Of a DNA stretch of 64,000 nucleotides, positions 38,003 to 47,563 are shown piece after piece; the stretch's first letter is position 1; each line of letters starts with the position of its first letter. The stretch comes from Myxococcales bacterium. Its GTDB lineage: Bacteria > Desulfobacterota > Binatia > HRBIN30. Under the pieces are notes generated by a model that worked only from the letters and a program-made list of their open reading frames with translations, had not been told where the DNA came from and made no database searches. The position numbers were made by a program, and so were the translations under genes. Where the stretch lies: the NCBI GenBank assembly GCA_037445065.1, contig JBBILD010000005.1, positions 1 through 64,000 on the forward strand. The letters are read 5' to 3'.

Positions 38003-38524
38003 ATGCCGGTATTCACCTGCACGGTACCCTGTCCAGCTGGAGCCCTAATCGTTTCGGCCACACCCGTTTCGATCATCGCCGTCCACTGGTGCTCAGAGGA
38101 AGTGGGAGAATCGCCAGTTTCGCACTCCTCATGCGAGGGAGCGTCCAGCCCGAATCCCGTCCTTCTGCAGCGGGCCAGTGAAGAACTTCGTGAGTACCTC
38201 GCTTCTGCGCGCACCCGGTTCACGGTTCCCTGGTCCGTAAGCGGCACTCCGTTTCAGACGAAGGTATGGGAGGCCCTGTCCCGTGTGCCCTATGGGGCTA
38301 CGTGGAGTTACCGTGAACTGGCACAGGCCGTCGGCGCACCACGAGCGGTGCGGGCAGTGGCCAACGCAGTCGCTGCCAATCCCATCGCCATTATCCTTCC
38401 CTGCCATCGAATCGTGTGTTCGGACGGCACCTTGGGCGGCTACGCTGGGGGTGTGGCTCGCAAGCAATGGCTCTTGGACATGGAACGAAACCGACCCGTT
38501 CAGACGGCGAGTTCTTCCTCTTGA
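38003..38524 (+). CDS. ogt: Methylated-DNA-protein-cysteine methyltransferase
   Basis: GTPFQ, VPYG, SYRELA, RAVA, PCHRI. Confidence 0.93.
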   Translation: MPVFTCTVPCPAGALIVSATPVSIIAVHWCSEEVGESPVSHSSCEGASSPNPVLLQRASEELREYLASARTRFTVPWSVSGTPFQTKVWEALSRVPYGATWSYRELAQAVGAPRAVRAVANAVAANPIAIILPCHRIVCSDGTLGGYAGGVARKQWLLDMERNRPVQTASSSS

Positions 38525-39426
38525 CCCAATGCGGCTGGCCCGCCACGGCGCCGGCCTTGTAGCGCTAACACCAGCAGGGTCAAAACGTACGGAAAAGCCA
38601 GCGACAACTGATAAGGGACTGCCCAACCGAGGGCCTGAACGTGGAACTGCAAGGCGGTCGCGAGACCGAACAGCAGAGCGCCACCGGCGATTGCAGAGGG
38701 GCGCCATCCGCCAAAGATGACCAAAGCTAGGGCGATGAACCCGCGACCGGCTGACATCCCTTCGATAAACGTGCGCGTGTACGCCAACACCAAATAAGCG
38801 CCGGCCAACCCTGCCAACGCCGCCCCAGCCACCACTGCTAGCACGCGTACCCGCGCCACGTTTACCCCCAAGGCCTTGGCTGCGGAAGGATTCTCCCCTG
38901 CCATGCGGCAGCGCAGGCCAGGGAGCGTGCGAAACAAAAACCAGCTCACTATGGGAATGAGAGCGAAAGCCAAGTAGCCGACCCATGGCTGATCGAAGAC
39001 AGCTCGCCCGAGCACGGGCAGCGTGGTAAGTCCTGGCACCGGTACAGACCCAAAACCCGGCACAACCAGTGCAGCGCCCGTGACACCGAACACAGCGCGG
39101 TAAACGACGCCGCTCGCCCCGAAGGCCAGCAGGTTTAACGCCGTTCCCGCAACAATCTGGTTTGCCCCCACACCAACGACCACGATCCCAAAGATCAGCC
39201 CGCAACATGCGCTGGTCGCGATCGCCGCAAGGAGCCCCCAACTGGGCGTCCCAGAGTGGAAGGCCGCAACGGCAGCGGCCAACGCACCAAGAAGAACGAG
39301 CCCCTCCACCCCTACGTTGATCACTCCGCTCCGTTCGACGATCAGTTCCCCCAGGGCGGCGAGCAACAAAGGGATTGCCATCACCACGGCCGTTTGCAGC
39401 AGGCTGCCGAGGAGCGTCGAGTCCAT
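38500..39426 (-). CDS. Nucleoside/sugar ABC transporter permease
   Basis: ERSGVINVGVEG, GENPSAA, GRGFIALA, PYVLTL. Confidence 0.9.
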   Translation of the reverse strand: MDSTLLGSLLQTAVVMAIPLLLAALGELIVERSGVINVGVEGLVLLGALAAAVAAFHSGTPSWGLLAAIATSACCGLIFGIVVVGVGANQIVAGTALNLLAFGASGVVYRAVFGVTGAALVVPGFGSVPVPGLTTLPVLGRAVFDQPWVGYLAFALIPIVSWFLFRTLPGLRCRMAGENPSAAKALGVNVARVRVLAVVAGAALAGLAGAYLVLAYTRTFIEGMSAGRGFIALALVIFGGWRPSAIAGGALLFGLATALQFHVQALGWAVPYQLSLAFPYVLTLLVLALQGRRRGGPAALGQEEELAV

Positions 39427-39676
39427 ACCGTGCCCGGTGATTAACTGCCTTCCGCAGGCCAGGCCAGAGTGCGCAGACCACCGTAGAGCTGTTCTGTCCA
39501 CCACAGGGCAGGTACGAGGCCTCGCGGCTTGCGCATACCGCCAGGCCTGCATCGGAACGGGGAATCTTCGATCAAAGGCACGCAGCCCAAGCTTGGCAGG
39601 TCAGCAGAACTGGGATAGACGACGTTGCTTCCAGCGCGAAGCGTTGGAGGCACGTGTGGAGGTTTGGCCCGAACGT

Positions 39677-41452
39677 ATGGATTGGACGCGAAATCAGCTT
39701 GCACAGGTACAGCTTCACGCTCGCCCCGAAAGCAGTGAAACCGAGCAGTTCGCTGTCCAAGAACTCGGCGCCTACCTGCATCGCCTCGCAGGGAGGCCAC
39801 AGCTGGTCCCACTCCCCTTGGAAGCCGACCATCCTGAAATTGTCCTCGGCGCGCCTTCGCAGGCAAGGCTCAGTCCTTGTCCCCAGCAGGGCTTCGCGAT
39901 CGAGATCACGGAAGATACCGTCACACTTCACGGACACACGGCGGCGGACCTCCTGCATGTCGTGTACGCGTTTTTGGAACAACTCGGCTGCCGTTGGTCA
40001 GTGCGCGGCCGTAGTGAAGAATTCGTACCTTCCACCACCGAGCGGTTCTCCCTTCGTTCGCAAACCTGGGGTGCATCGGGCATTCGCTTCGGCTTTTGCA
40101 GCGACTTAATCAGTTGGCATTACACGCAGCCTGCACTCTACGAGGAGCGGATTGGCGAGGACCGCGAACTGGTCGACTGGATGGCGAAAGTCGGGGCCTC
40201 GACGTTGTTTTTCATCCGCCACCCGTTCGACTCTCAAAATACGATTCCTGAACTCGTTCTGGAGTGCGGGCGCCGCGGGATTTCTGTCGAGCACGGCGGC
40301 CATATCGTGCCCTTACTCTTGCCGCGAGAACTCTTTTCGGAACATCCTGAGTATTTTCCTGTAGGGCCTGCTGGGGAACGCACAGGCCTCGGGAACGTCT
40401 GTGCGAGTCAGGCCGGCGCACTGGACACGATCGCCCGTAACGCCGTGGCTTGGGTGAGGGAGCTACCGAAGTCGCGCTTCTTTCACGTGTGGGGCGCTGA
40501 TCTGTGGAAGGGAGGGTGGTGTCACTGCCCCGGTTGCAGCCCGCTTTCGCCCCAAGACCAAAGCCTCAGGGTCTGCAACGCAGTCGCCGTGGCACTCTCA
40601 CGAGCAGGGTACAACGTGCCTGTGTGCTATCTCGCTTACCACGACACCATCGACGCGGAACTTCGGGAAACCCCAGCGGAGAACGTTTGGTGCGAGTTTG
40701 CGCCCCGCGAGCGTTGTTACGCCCACTCGATCGGCGACCCCGAATGCACGCGCAATCAGCGGTACTGGAGAGCTGTGCAAGGGTACGTGCAACAGTTTCG
40801 AGGCAGGGTACGCGTCTTCGAATATTACGGCGATGCCATCTTGTTCTTTGGTTGCGCCGCGCCGATTTCCCAAACGATCGAGGCAGACCTTCGCCAATAT
40901 CGCTCCTTGGGCATTGATGACGTCCTCATGCTTCAGTTCGGGAGCTACAGCCGATGGGCGTACGCGACCAATTTTCTGGCCTTCACCCGCGGGATCCATG
41001 CAGGGTCGCGGTCGAATGACCGGCCCCGGCCGGACTGGCCGGAGGCCGATGCGGAACTCATCGAGGGTTTGTTCCGGCTCGAGCCTCTGATTTGCCCCTT
41101 GCTATGCTACGGCGATGTGCGCTTGGCCCCGCGAGACCCCGAGCTGGCAGCCACGGTCGTACACTTGGTGTCTCGTACCCTTCCTCTCCTTGGTGCCATA
41201 GCCGACGATCTGGAAGCGCGCGGAACAGCCTCGAGCACCGCTCTCGCGCGGCTAGCGCGGTATACACAAACCGTCTTCGCGGGAGTGGAGCATGAAATTC
41301 GCACCGGGAGCCGAGTGCATTCGATTTATGCCGCAGCGCTAGAAACGTTACGAGCCGTGGATCACCGCTGGAAAGGGGTGTGGGGCGAGGTAGATCTGCC
41401 GACAATCCACAGCTTGTACGAGGGAGCGTTGTTAACCCTACCCAACGAATAA
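39677..41452 (+). CDS. DUF4838-like protein (glycoside hydrolase-like)
   Basis: VYAFLEQLGCRW, HPEYF, CHCPGC, YLAY, FEYY pattern. Confidence 0.65.
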   Translation: MDWTRNQLAQVQLHARPESSETEQFAVQELGAYLHRLAGRPQLVPLPLEADHPEIVLGAPSQARLSPCPQQGFAIEITEDTVTLHGHTAADLLHVVYAFLEQLGCRWSVRGRSEEFVPSTTERFSLRSQTWGASGIRFGFCSDLISWHYTQPALYEERIGEDRELVDWMAKVGASTLFFIRHPFDSQNTIPELVLECGRRGISVEHGGHIVPLLLPRELFSEHPEYFPVGPAGERTGLGNVCASQAGALDTIARNAVAWVRELPKSRFFHVWGADLWKGGWCHCPGCSPLSPQDQSLRVCNAVAVALSRAGYNVPVCYLAYHDTIDAELRETPAENVWCEFAPRERCYAHSIGDPECTRNQRYWRAVQGYVQQFRGRVRVFEYYGDAILFFGCAAPISQTIEADLRQYRSLGIDDVLMLQFGSYSRWAYATNFLAFTRGIHAGSRSNDRPRPDWPEADAELIEGLFRLEPLICPLLCYGDVRLAPRDPELAATVVHLVSRTLPLLGAIADDLEARGTASSTALARLARYTQTVFAGVEHEIRTGSRVHSIYAAALETLRAVDHRWKGVWGEVDLPTIHSLYEGALLTLPNE

Positions 41453-41478
41453 GACGTTTCTACACACCAGGCCCAATT

Positions 41479-43182
41479 ATGCGCAAGTGGTTGCGGAGAA
41501 CTCTGTTGCTTGCCGCTTTGCTGGCCTTGCTCGGCCTATGGTGGCAAGCTCATCGTGGGCCCGCCATTCCGGCGGGGTCGTTCGTGGTCTTTAAACTGGA
41601 GGGCCGCTACCCGGAGTCGCCGCCGGATGGCTTGCTGCGACGCATTCTGCTGGGGGGCGAGCGAAGCCTGATCGAGCTGCTCATGGATTTGCGCAAGGCC
41701 GCAGCGGATCCGCGCGTACGCGGGATCGTGGTTCGGTTGTCCTCGCTGGAGATCGGGTGGGGAAAAGCAGCGGAGATCCGGCAAGCTCTGCTCGAGTTCC
41801 GCAAAAGCGGGAAGCTGAGCGTGGCCTTCCTCGAGCAAGAACTCACGAGCAGTAACATGACCCACTACATCGCCAGTGCAGCGGACCGAGTTTACGTCAG
41901 CCCAGCGAGTAGTGCTCCCTTGTCCGGACTGGCCGCGCAGTATTTCTTCCTGGGAGGCCTGTGGGAGAAGCTCGACATCGAGCTTACCGTCGAAAAGCGA
42001 GCGGAGTACAAGACCGCGGGGGACGTTCTCGCTGGTCGCGAGATGACCGGCCCGCACCGGGAGATGGCGAACTCGCTGTTGGACAGCCTCACCCAAGAAT
42101 TCTTGCAGGGTATCGCCGTGGCCCGCTCGCTTCCCACCGAGCGACTGCGGTTTCTGGTTGAAGAGGAAGCTCCTTCTTCGTCGGAGGAACTGCTCCGAGC
42201 GGGCCTAGTTGACGGCAGCAAACACTGGGAAGACCTCCGCCAGGAACTCGGGGGGAGCGATGCTCGATTCATCGAAGAAGCAACTTACAGCCACGTTCCT
42301 CCCGAGCGGGTTGGCTTGCAAGAAGGGCCTTCCATCGCGGTCGTTTTTGGCAGCGGTCAAATCGTAGCTGGGGAGAGCCAGAGAGGCCCCGGGGGCGTCC
42401 TGCTTGGTTCTGACACCTTGCGCAAAGCGCTCGAGCAGGCGGCGGAGAGTGCACGAGTCCGCGCAGTCGTGTTGCGGATCGACAGCCCGGGTGGCTCAGC
42501 ACTCGCGTCTGACACGATCTGGCGAGCCGTGCGTGAGGTGAAGAAGCGGAAGCCAGTGGTCGTCTCGATGTCCGATCTAGCGGCTTCGGGCGGGTACTAC
42601 AGTGCAGTGGCGGCGGCGAAAGTGCTCGCCCAACCCACCACCCTTACGGGCTCAATCGGCGTCGTGCTCGCTCGTCCCAACATCCGCGGGTTTTTACAAC
42701 GGCTAGGCATTCAAACAGAGACGTTGACCCGCGGTAAGTTCGCCGCCTTGAATGATATCACCACACCTGTCGACGAAGCAGGCAAAGCACGGCTCGCAGC
42801 GGAGGTCGAGCGAATTTACGACTTGTTTATCCAGCGAGTTTCGGAAGGGCGGGGCCTACCCGTTGGCGAGATACGCGCGGTCGCTCGGGGGCGAGTCTGG
42901 ACCGGACAGCAGGCACTCGAGCGGCGTTTAGTGGACCAGCTCGGCGGGCTGTTCTCGGCGGTAGATGCTGCCAAAGAGCTTGCTGGAATCGAAACTTCCG
43001 CTCCCGTTCGTTTGGAATTCTTCCCTCGGGCAGCAAGCTGGGCAGAGCAGCTCGCGGAAATCTTTTCGAGTAGTGCGGTCGCTTCCTTGCCACGCCAACT
43101 CCGGGAACTGTCGCAGGCATTCCCTGCCAGCGAGGATTCAGGCCCCGCGCTCCTCATGCCCTGGCAGATTCATGTCCGCTAG
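41479..43182 (+). CDS. sppA: Signal peptide peptidase SppA (67K type)
   Basis: EYKTAG, RIDSPGG, AASGGY, TGSIGV, GRVWTG. Confidence 0.93.
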   Translation: MRKWLRRTLLLAALLALLGLWWQAHRGPAIPAGSFVVFKLEGRYPESPPDGLLRRILLGGERSLIELLMDLRKAAADPRVRGIVVRLSSLEIGWGKAAEIRQALLEFRKSGKLSVAFLEQELTSSNMTHYIASAADRVYVSPASSAPLSGLAAQYFFLGGLWEKLDIELTVEKRAEYKTAGDVLAGREMTGPHREMANSLLDSLTQEFLQGIAVARSLPTERLRFLVEEEAPSSSEELLRAGLVDGSKHWEDLRQELGGSDARFIEEATYSHVPPERVGLQEGPSIAVVFGSGQIVAGESQRGPGGVLLGSDTLRKALEQAAESARVRAVVLRIDSPGGSALASDTIWRAVREVKKRKPVVVSMSDLAASGGYYSAVAAAKVLAQPTTLTGSIGVVLARPNIRGFLQRLGIQTETLTRGKFAALNDITTPVDEAGKARLAAEVERIYDLFIQRVSEGRGLPVGEIRAVARGRVWTGQQALERRLVDQLGGLFSAVDAAKELAGIETSAPVRLEFFPRAASWAEQLAEIFSSSAVASLPRQLRELSQAFPASEDSGPALLMPWQIHVR

Positions 43183-43235
43183 GGCACAAGGCCTGTTGGG
43201 CGCAGCCCTTGGCCGGTAATCCAGTTGCTCACCGC

Positions 43236-44639
43236 ATGAACGCCGACGCCAAGCGCCGCACTTCGCAAACCCCGAGGGACCAGTCCGCCGGCGCCGGAGG
43301 ACTCCAGCTCCCACCGCTTTTCGCGCAGCGCCCGCTGGCCGCAGTCGTGCGCTTAGCCTTGCCAACCACTGTGGTCATGCTCGTAGCGGCTGCGTCGAAT
43401 ATTCTGTTCACGTACTACGTCAGCCGGCTCGGACCAGAGGCCATTGCGGCGGTTTCCCTGGTGTTTCCGCTTTCTCTCATCGCATTAACGTCGCTTGGGG
43501 GAGGGGTGGGCACAGGGACGGCTTCGGCTGTGGCCCGCTCCATCGGGGCCGGGCAGCTTCACGAGGCAGCCCTCACCGCAATCCATGCGACAGCTTTGTC
43601 GTTGTTCCTCGGACTCGGCTTTGCGGTACTGGTGTACGCGTCGGCAAACCAACTGTTCGCTCTGCTAGGTGGCCGGGGTGTTGTCCTGGAACAAGCGGTC
43701 CTGTTTGCGCGCTGGCTCTTTGCGGGTTCTGCGGTGGGCTTTGCTACCCAGGTCATCGACAGCGTTTTCCGCGCGCAGGCGAATGTTCGTACGCCGGCCC
43801 TGTGGTCTACGGTTTCGCTGGGATTGCAGGCCGCACTGACGCCTGTGTTTCTATTTGCATTCCGCCTAGGGCTTCCCGGCGCGGCCTTAGGCATGATCGC
43901 TGCGCAGGGCTTGACCCTGCTGCCGCGTATCGTGCACTTTACCCGTGGCCCCGGGCCCCTGTGCGTGGCCACGGTGCGGCTGCGCTGGTCGTACCGCTAT
44001 GTGCGCGAAATCTTACGCGGGGGGCTGCCGGCCTCGCTTTCCACCACGATCCACTACACCGGTTTCATGGTGCTGACCGGCGTGGTGGCCCGCTTCGGAG
44101 ACGCGTCCCTGGCAGCATACGGGCTGGCCACTCGCTTGGACTTTCTCCTCGTCTCCGTTGCCTTTGGTTTCGCTTCTGGGGTGCTGACGCTTGTTGGATT
44201 CGTCACCGGGGCCGGCCAAGCCAGTCGCGCTTGGCTGTATGTGCGCAGTGCCGGCCTCTGCGTCGGAGTCGTGTTTGCCGGGCTCGGTACGCTGCTGTTC
44301 CTGTGGCCCGACCTTTGGTTCGGGCTGTTCACTCGCGAGGCAAAGATCCTGGACACCGGTGCGCTGTATTTACGCTGGGTGGCGCCCTCTTATCCGTTTG
44401 TCGGTGCCAGCATGATTCTTGCGTTTGCGTTTCAGGGGCTCGGGAGGGCTAGCGTGCCAATGCTGTGGAACCTAGCACGAGCTAGCAGCGTGGTTTTCAT
44501 TACATCGCTCGGGGTCCGTTACTTACAGTGGAGCGAGAACGGCGTGTTCGCAGCCATCGCGGTCGCGAACACACTTTCGGCACTCGCGCTCGCATGTTTG
44601 TTTCGGATCGTTCTGCGCGCCTACCAGCCGAGCCGATGA
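43236..44639 (+). CDS. MATE family efflux transporter
   Basis: ~12 TM segments; LALP, RLGPEAIAA, GLPGAA, FQGLG. Confidence 0.88.
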   Translation: MNADAKRRTSQTPRDQSAGAGGLQLPPLFAQRPLAAVVRLALPTTVVMLVAAASNILFTYYVSRLGPEAIAAVSLVFPLSLIALTSLGGGVGTGTASAVARSIGAGQLHEAALTAIHATALSLFLGLGFAVLVYASANQLFALLGGRGVVLEQAVLFARWLFAGSAVGFATQVIDSVFRAQANVRTPALWSTVSLGLQAALTPVFLFAFRLGLPGAALGMIAAQGLTLLPRIVHFTRGPGPLCVATVRLRWSYRYVREILRGGLPASLSTTIHYTGFMVLTGVVARFGDASLAAYGLATRLDFLLVSVAFGFASGVLTLVGFVTGAGQASRAWLYVRSAGLCVGVVFAGLGTLLFLWPDLWFGLFTREAKILDTGALYLRWVAPSYPFVGASMILAFAFQGLGRASVPMLWNLARASSVVFITSLGVRYLQWSENGVFAAIAVANTLSALALACLFRIVLRAYQPSR

Positions 44640-44663
44640 GAACGGGCCGCTGGACACAAAAAA

Positions 44664-45743
44664 TCAGAGATAGTTCTGGGTGAGCAGATACTCAGCAACC
44701 AGCACCGCGCCTTTGGCCGCTCCCATCTTGGTATTGTGCGAAAGGAGCACGTACTTGATCCCGCGACCAAAAACCGCATCCGGCCTGAGACGCCCCACGT
44801 GAGTCGTCATTCCTCCGTCCGCCTCGCGGTCGAGCCGCGGTTGGGGCCGGAACGGATCCGTATGTACGGTGATCATTCGGCGTGGTGCGGAGGGCAGATC
44901 CAACTCCAGGAATTCCTTCCCGAATTCTTGAAATGCAGCGGCGGCTGCTTGCACAGTGCATTCCTCGCGGGTCCCAACCAGCACGGACTCCGTGTGTCCT
45001 TCGAGCACCGCGGCCCGGGTGCACGTGGCACTCATGGTCACGTCCGCGAGAGCGATGGCGTCGGCGTGCAGGCCGCCCAGGATTTTGGCTGTTTCCCGGA
45101 CGACCTTTTCTTCCTCTCCAGAAATAAACGGGATCAGGTTGTCGAGAATGTCCAACGCCAGCACCCCGGGGGAGCGACCGGCTCCGGAAATGCCTTGCAT
45201 GGAGGTCATCACCACGCGTTCCACGCCGAACCGGTCGAACAGCGGTTTCAACGTGATCACGAGCCCGGTGGTGGTGCAGTTGGGCAGTGGGGTGATGTAA
45301 CCTTTCCACCCGCGGCGCTGCCGCTGCACATCCAGCAGGCGCACATGCTGCAAGTTCACCGCGGGAACCAAAATCGGCACGTCCGGCTCATAACGGAAGG
45401 CAGAGGCCAAACTAATCACCGGCGTGGTGCGGGCGTACAGCGGCTCGATCTCGCGTGCGACGTCCGACTCCACGCAACTGAATATGGCGTCAATGCCGGA
45501 TACGTTCAGCTCCAGCGCATTGTGGACGGGTAGCCGCAGCACATGATCCGCCGGCTCTTCCGGACACCACCAGCGCCGGGCCCCGTTTTGCGGATCACGG
45601 ATCGCCTCCCCGTACGTCTTACCCGCCGAGCGCTCCGAAGCCGCCAACAGGACAATTTCGAACCACGGGTGGTTTTGCAACGCGACAACAGCTTGCTGCC
45701 CAGTGATCCCAGTCGCTCCTACAATGGCCACGCGCCGCTTCAT
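44664..45743 (-). CDS. asd: Aspartate-semialdehyde dehydrogenase (archaeal/fungal-like subtype)
   Basis: GATGITGQ, PNCTT, SGAG, RPQPRLDR, SHNTKMGAA. Confidence 0.92.
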   Translation of the reverse strand: MKRRVAIVGATGITGQQAVVALQNHPWFEIVLLAASERSAGKTYGEAIRDPQNGARRWWCPEEPADHVLRLPVHNALELNVSGIDAIFSCVESDVAREIEPLYARTTPVISLASAFRYEPDVPILVPAVNLQHVRLLDVQRQRRGWKGYITPLPNCTTTGLVITLKPLFDRFGVERVVMTSMQGISGAGRSPGVLALDILDNLIPFISGEEEKVVRETAKILGGLHADAIALADVTMSATCTRAAVLEGHTESVLVGTREECTVQAAAAAFQEFGKEFLELDLPSAPRRMITVHTDPFRPQPRLDREADGGMTTHVGRLRPDAVFGRGIKYVLLSHNTKMGAAKGAVLVAEYLLTQNYL

Positions 45744-45866
45744 TTTGCATCGCCTCGCTTGCACCGAGAGTCGATCAAGGTGCTAGGCAACGCAGACGCA
45801 TCCTGCAATCCGCGGCGGTTTCCAACATTGTTGACTGCATCCACGTTCATTAAGCATGGCGCGGCC

Positions 45867-46814
45867 ATGATCGAGGCAGAGGGTCTCACGAAGCGCTTCG
45901 GCACGTTCACCGCCATCGAGGGCGTAACTTTCCATGTCGAGGCGGGGGAAATCGTTGGCTTTCTTGGCCCGAACGGTGCGGGCAAGAGTACAACAATGAG
46001 GATCTTGGGGGGGGTCTTCCCTCCCACAGTTGGACGCGCATCTGTGGCCGGGCACGACGTGGTGCGCGACTCTCTGCGCGCTCGCCGCGCCCTCGGATAC
46101 TTCCCGGAGCGAGTGTCCCTGTACACAGACATGACGGTTTCGGAGTTTCTGGAATACTCGGCCGCAATCAAGCGAGTCCCACCTGCGCAGCGGGCCCGTG
46201 AACTCGGCCGGGTCATGGAACGATGCGGGGTGCAGCACATGGCCCATCGTCTCATCGGTACCCTCTCCAAAGGTTATCGGCAGCGGGTCGGGATTGCGCA
46301 GGCATTACTCGGGCAGCCGCCAGTACTGATCCTGGACGAGCCGACGGCCGGGCTCGACCCGGAGCAGGTCTCGGAGGTGCGCCAACTGATCCGCGAACTC
46401 AAGGGGCACAGCACCGTGATCTTATCCACTCATATCTTGCCGGAGGTGGAGGCCACGTGCGACCGCGTCATGATTATTAACAAGGGTCGAATCCTGGCGG
46501 TGGACACGCCCCGGAGGCTCAGCCAGCGGCTACAGCGGCTCTCCGAAATCCATGTCGAGGTGCGCGGTGCGGATGCAGCCGCCGCACGGTCGGCGTTGGG
46601 GTTGCTAGCCGGCGTGCTGTCGGTTGAGGTTTTGCACAACGACCGTGGCAACGTGACTCTGCGCGTGCACACTGAGCCGGATCGCGACTTGCGCGACCGG
46701 GTGGCCGAGGCGGTAATGAGTCGGGGCTGGCGGTTGCTCGAGTTGCGCCCCATCCAACTCTCGCTCGAGGAAATCTTTCTCAAGCTGGTCCACGAGGAGA
46801 GGGTCTCCGCATGA
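45867..46814 (+). CDS. ABC-2 type ATP-binding protein (GldA-like)
   Basis: GPNGAGKST, LSKGYRQR, LDEPT, STH. Confidence 0.93.
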   Translation: MIEAEGLTKRFGTFTAIEGVTFHVEAGEIVGFLGPNGAGKSTTMRILGGVFPPTVGRASVAGHDVVRDSLRARRALGYFPERVSLYTDMTVSEFLEYSAAIKRVPPAQRARELGRVMERCGVQHMAHRLIGTLSKGYRQRVGIAQALLGQPPVLILDEPTAGLDPEQVSEVRQLIRELKGHSTVILSTHILPEVEATCDRVMIINKGRILAVDTPRRLSQRLQRLSEIHVEVRGADAAAARSALGLLAGVLSVEVLHNDRGNVTLRVHTEPDRDLRDRVAEAVMSRGWRLLELRPIQLSLEEIFLKLVHEERVSA

Positions 46815-47563
46815 GTGCGGCATGGATTATTTGCAAACGTGAACTGCGCTCCTACTTTGGTTCCTACGTGGCGTATGTGCTCACTGGGCTCTTTCTGCTG
46901 TTAACCGGTGGTTTTTTCTACAGTTGGCTGCGGTACTTCATCTTGTTCGGCGGGTACGTCCTGCCCAGTGGCCTGTGGCAGCAGGTGTTCCTCGACATGC
47001 GCTACTGCACGATGATTGTTCTGCCCCTCGTGACGATGCGCCTGTTCGCGGAGGAGAAAAAGCTGGGTACGATCGAATTGCTGTGGACCTACCCATTACG
47101 GGATGGCGAGATTGTCTTAGGAAAGTTTCTTGGCGCCTGGATCTTCTACCTGTATATGCTTGTGCCAACGGTGGTGGGTCCACTGGTCTTTTACCAGTTC
47201 TACGCGTTCGATTTGAGCCCGTTTCTTTGTGGATACCTCGGGGTGCTGCTGCTGGGAACGGCTTTCCTGGCGTGCGGGATGTTCGTCTCCTCTCTTACGG
47301 AGAATCAGGTTGTTGCAGCAATGGGAACTTACGGGATCATCATTACCTTCTGGTACCTCACTTGGAACGAAGCCGTAGCCAGCATGGGTGTGATCGAGGT
47401 ACTGCTCAAGGTATCCCTGTTCGACCGCTTTCTGAACTTTGCACGTGGGGTTATCGACACCCAAGACATCATCTTCTTCGTCCTCTTCATCGCATTTTTC
47501 GTGTTCCTCACGCTTGAATCACTCGCCGCCCGCAAGTGGCGCGGAGTCGGATCGGCTTCCTGA
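46811..47563 (+). CDS. ABC-2 permease (GldF-like)
   Basis: KRELRSYF, TMRLFAEEKKLGTIELL, SSLTENQVVA. Confidence 0.9.
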   Translation: MSAAWIICKRELRSYFGSYVAYVLTGLFLLLTGGFFYSWLRYFILFGGYVLPSGLWQQVFLDMRYCTMIVLPLVTMRLFAEEKKLGTIELLWTYPLRDGEIVLGKFLGAWIFYLYMLVPTVVGPLVFYQFYAFDLSPFLCGYLGVLLLGTAFLACGMFVSSLTENQVVAAMGTYGIIITFWYLTWNEAVASMGVIEVLLKVSLFDRFLNFARGVIDTQDIIFFVLFIAFFVFLTLESLAARKWRGVGSAS

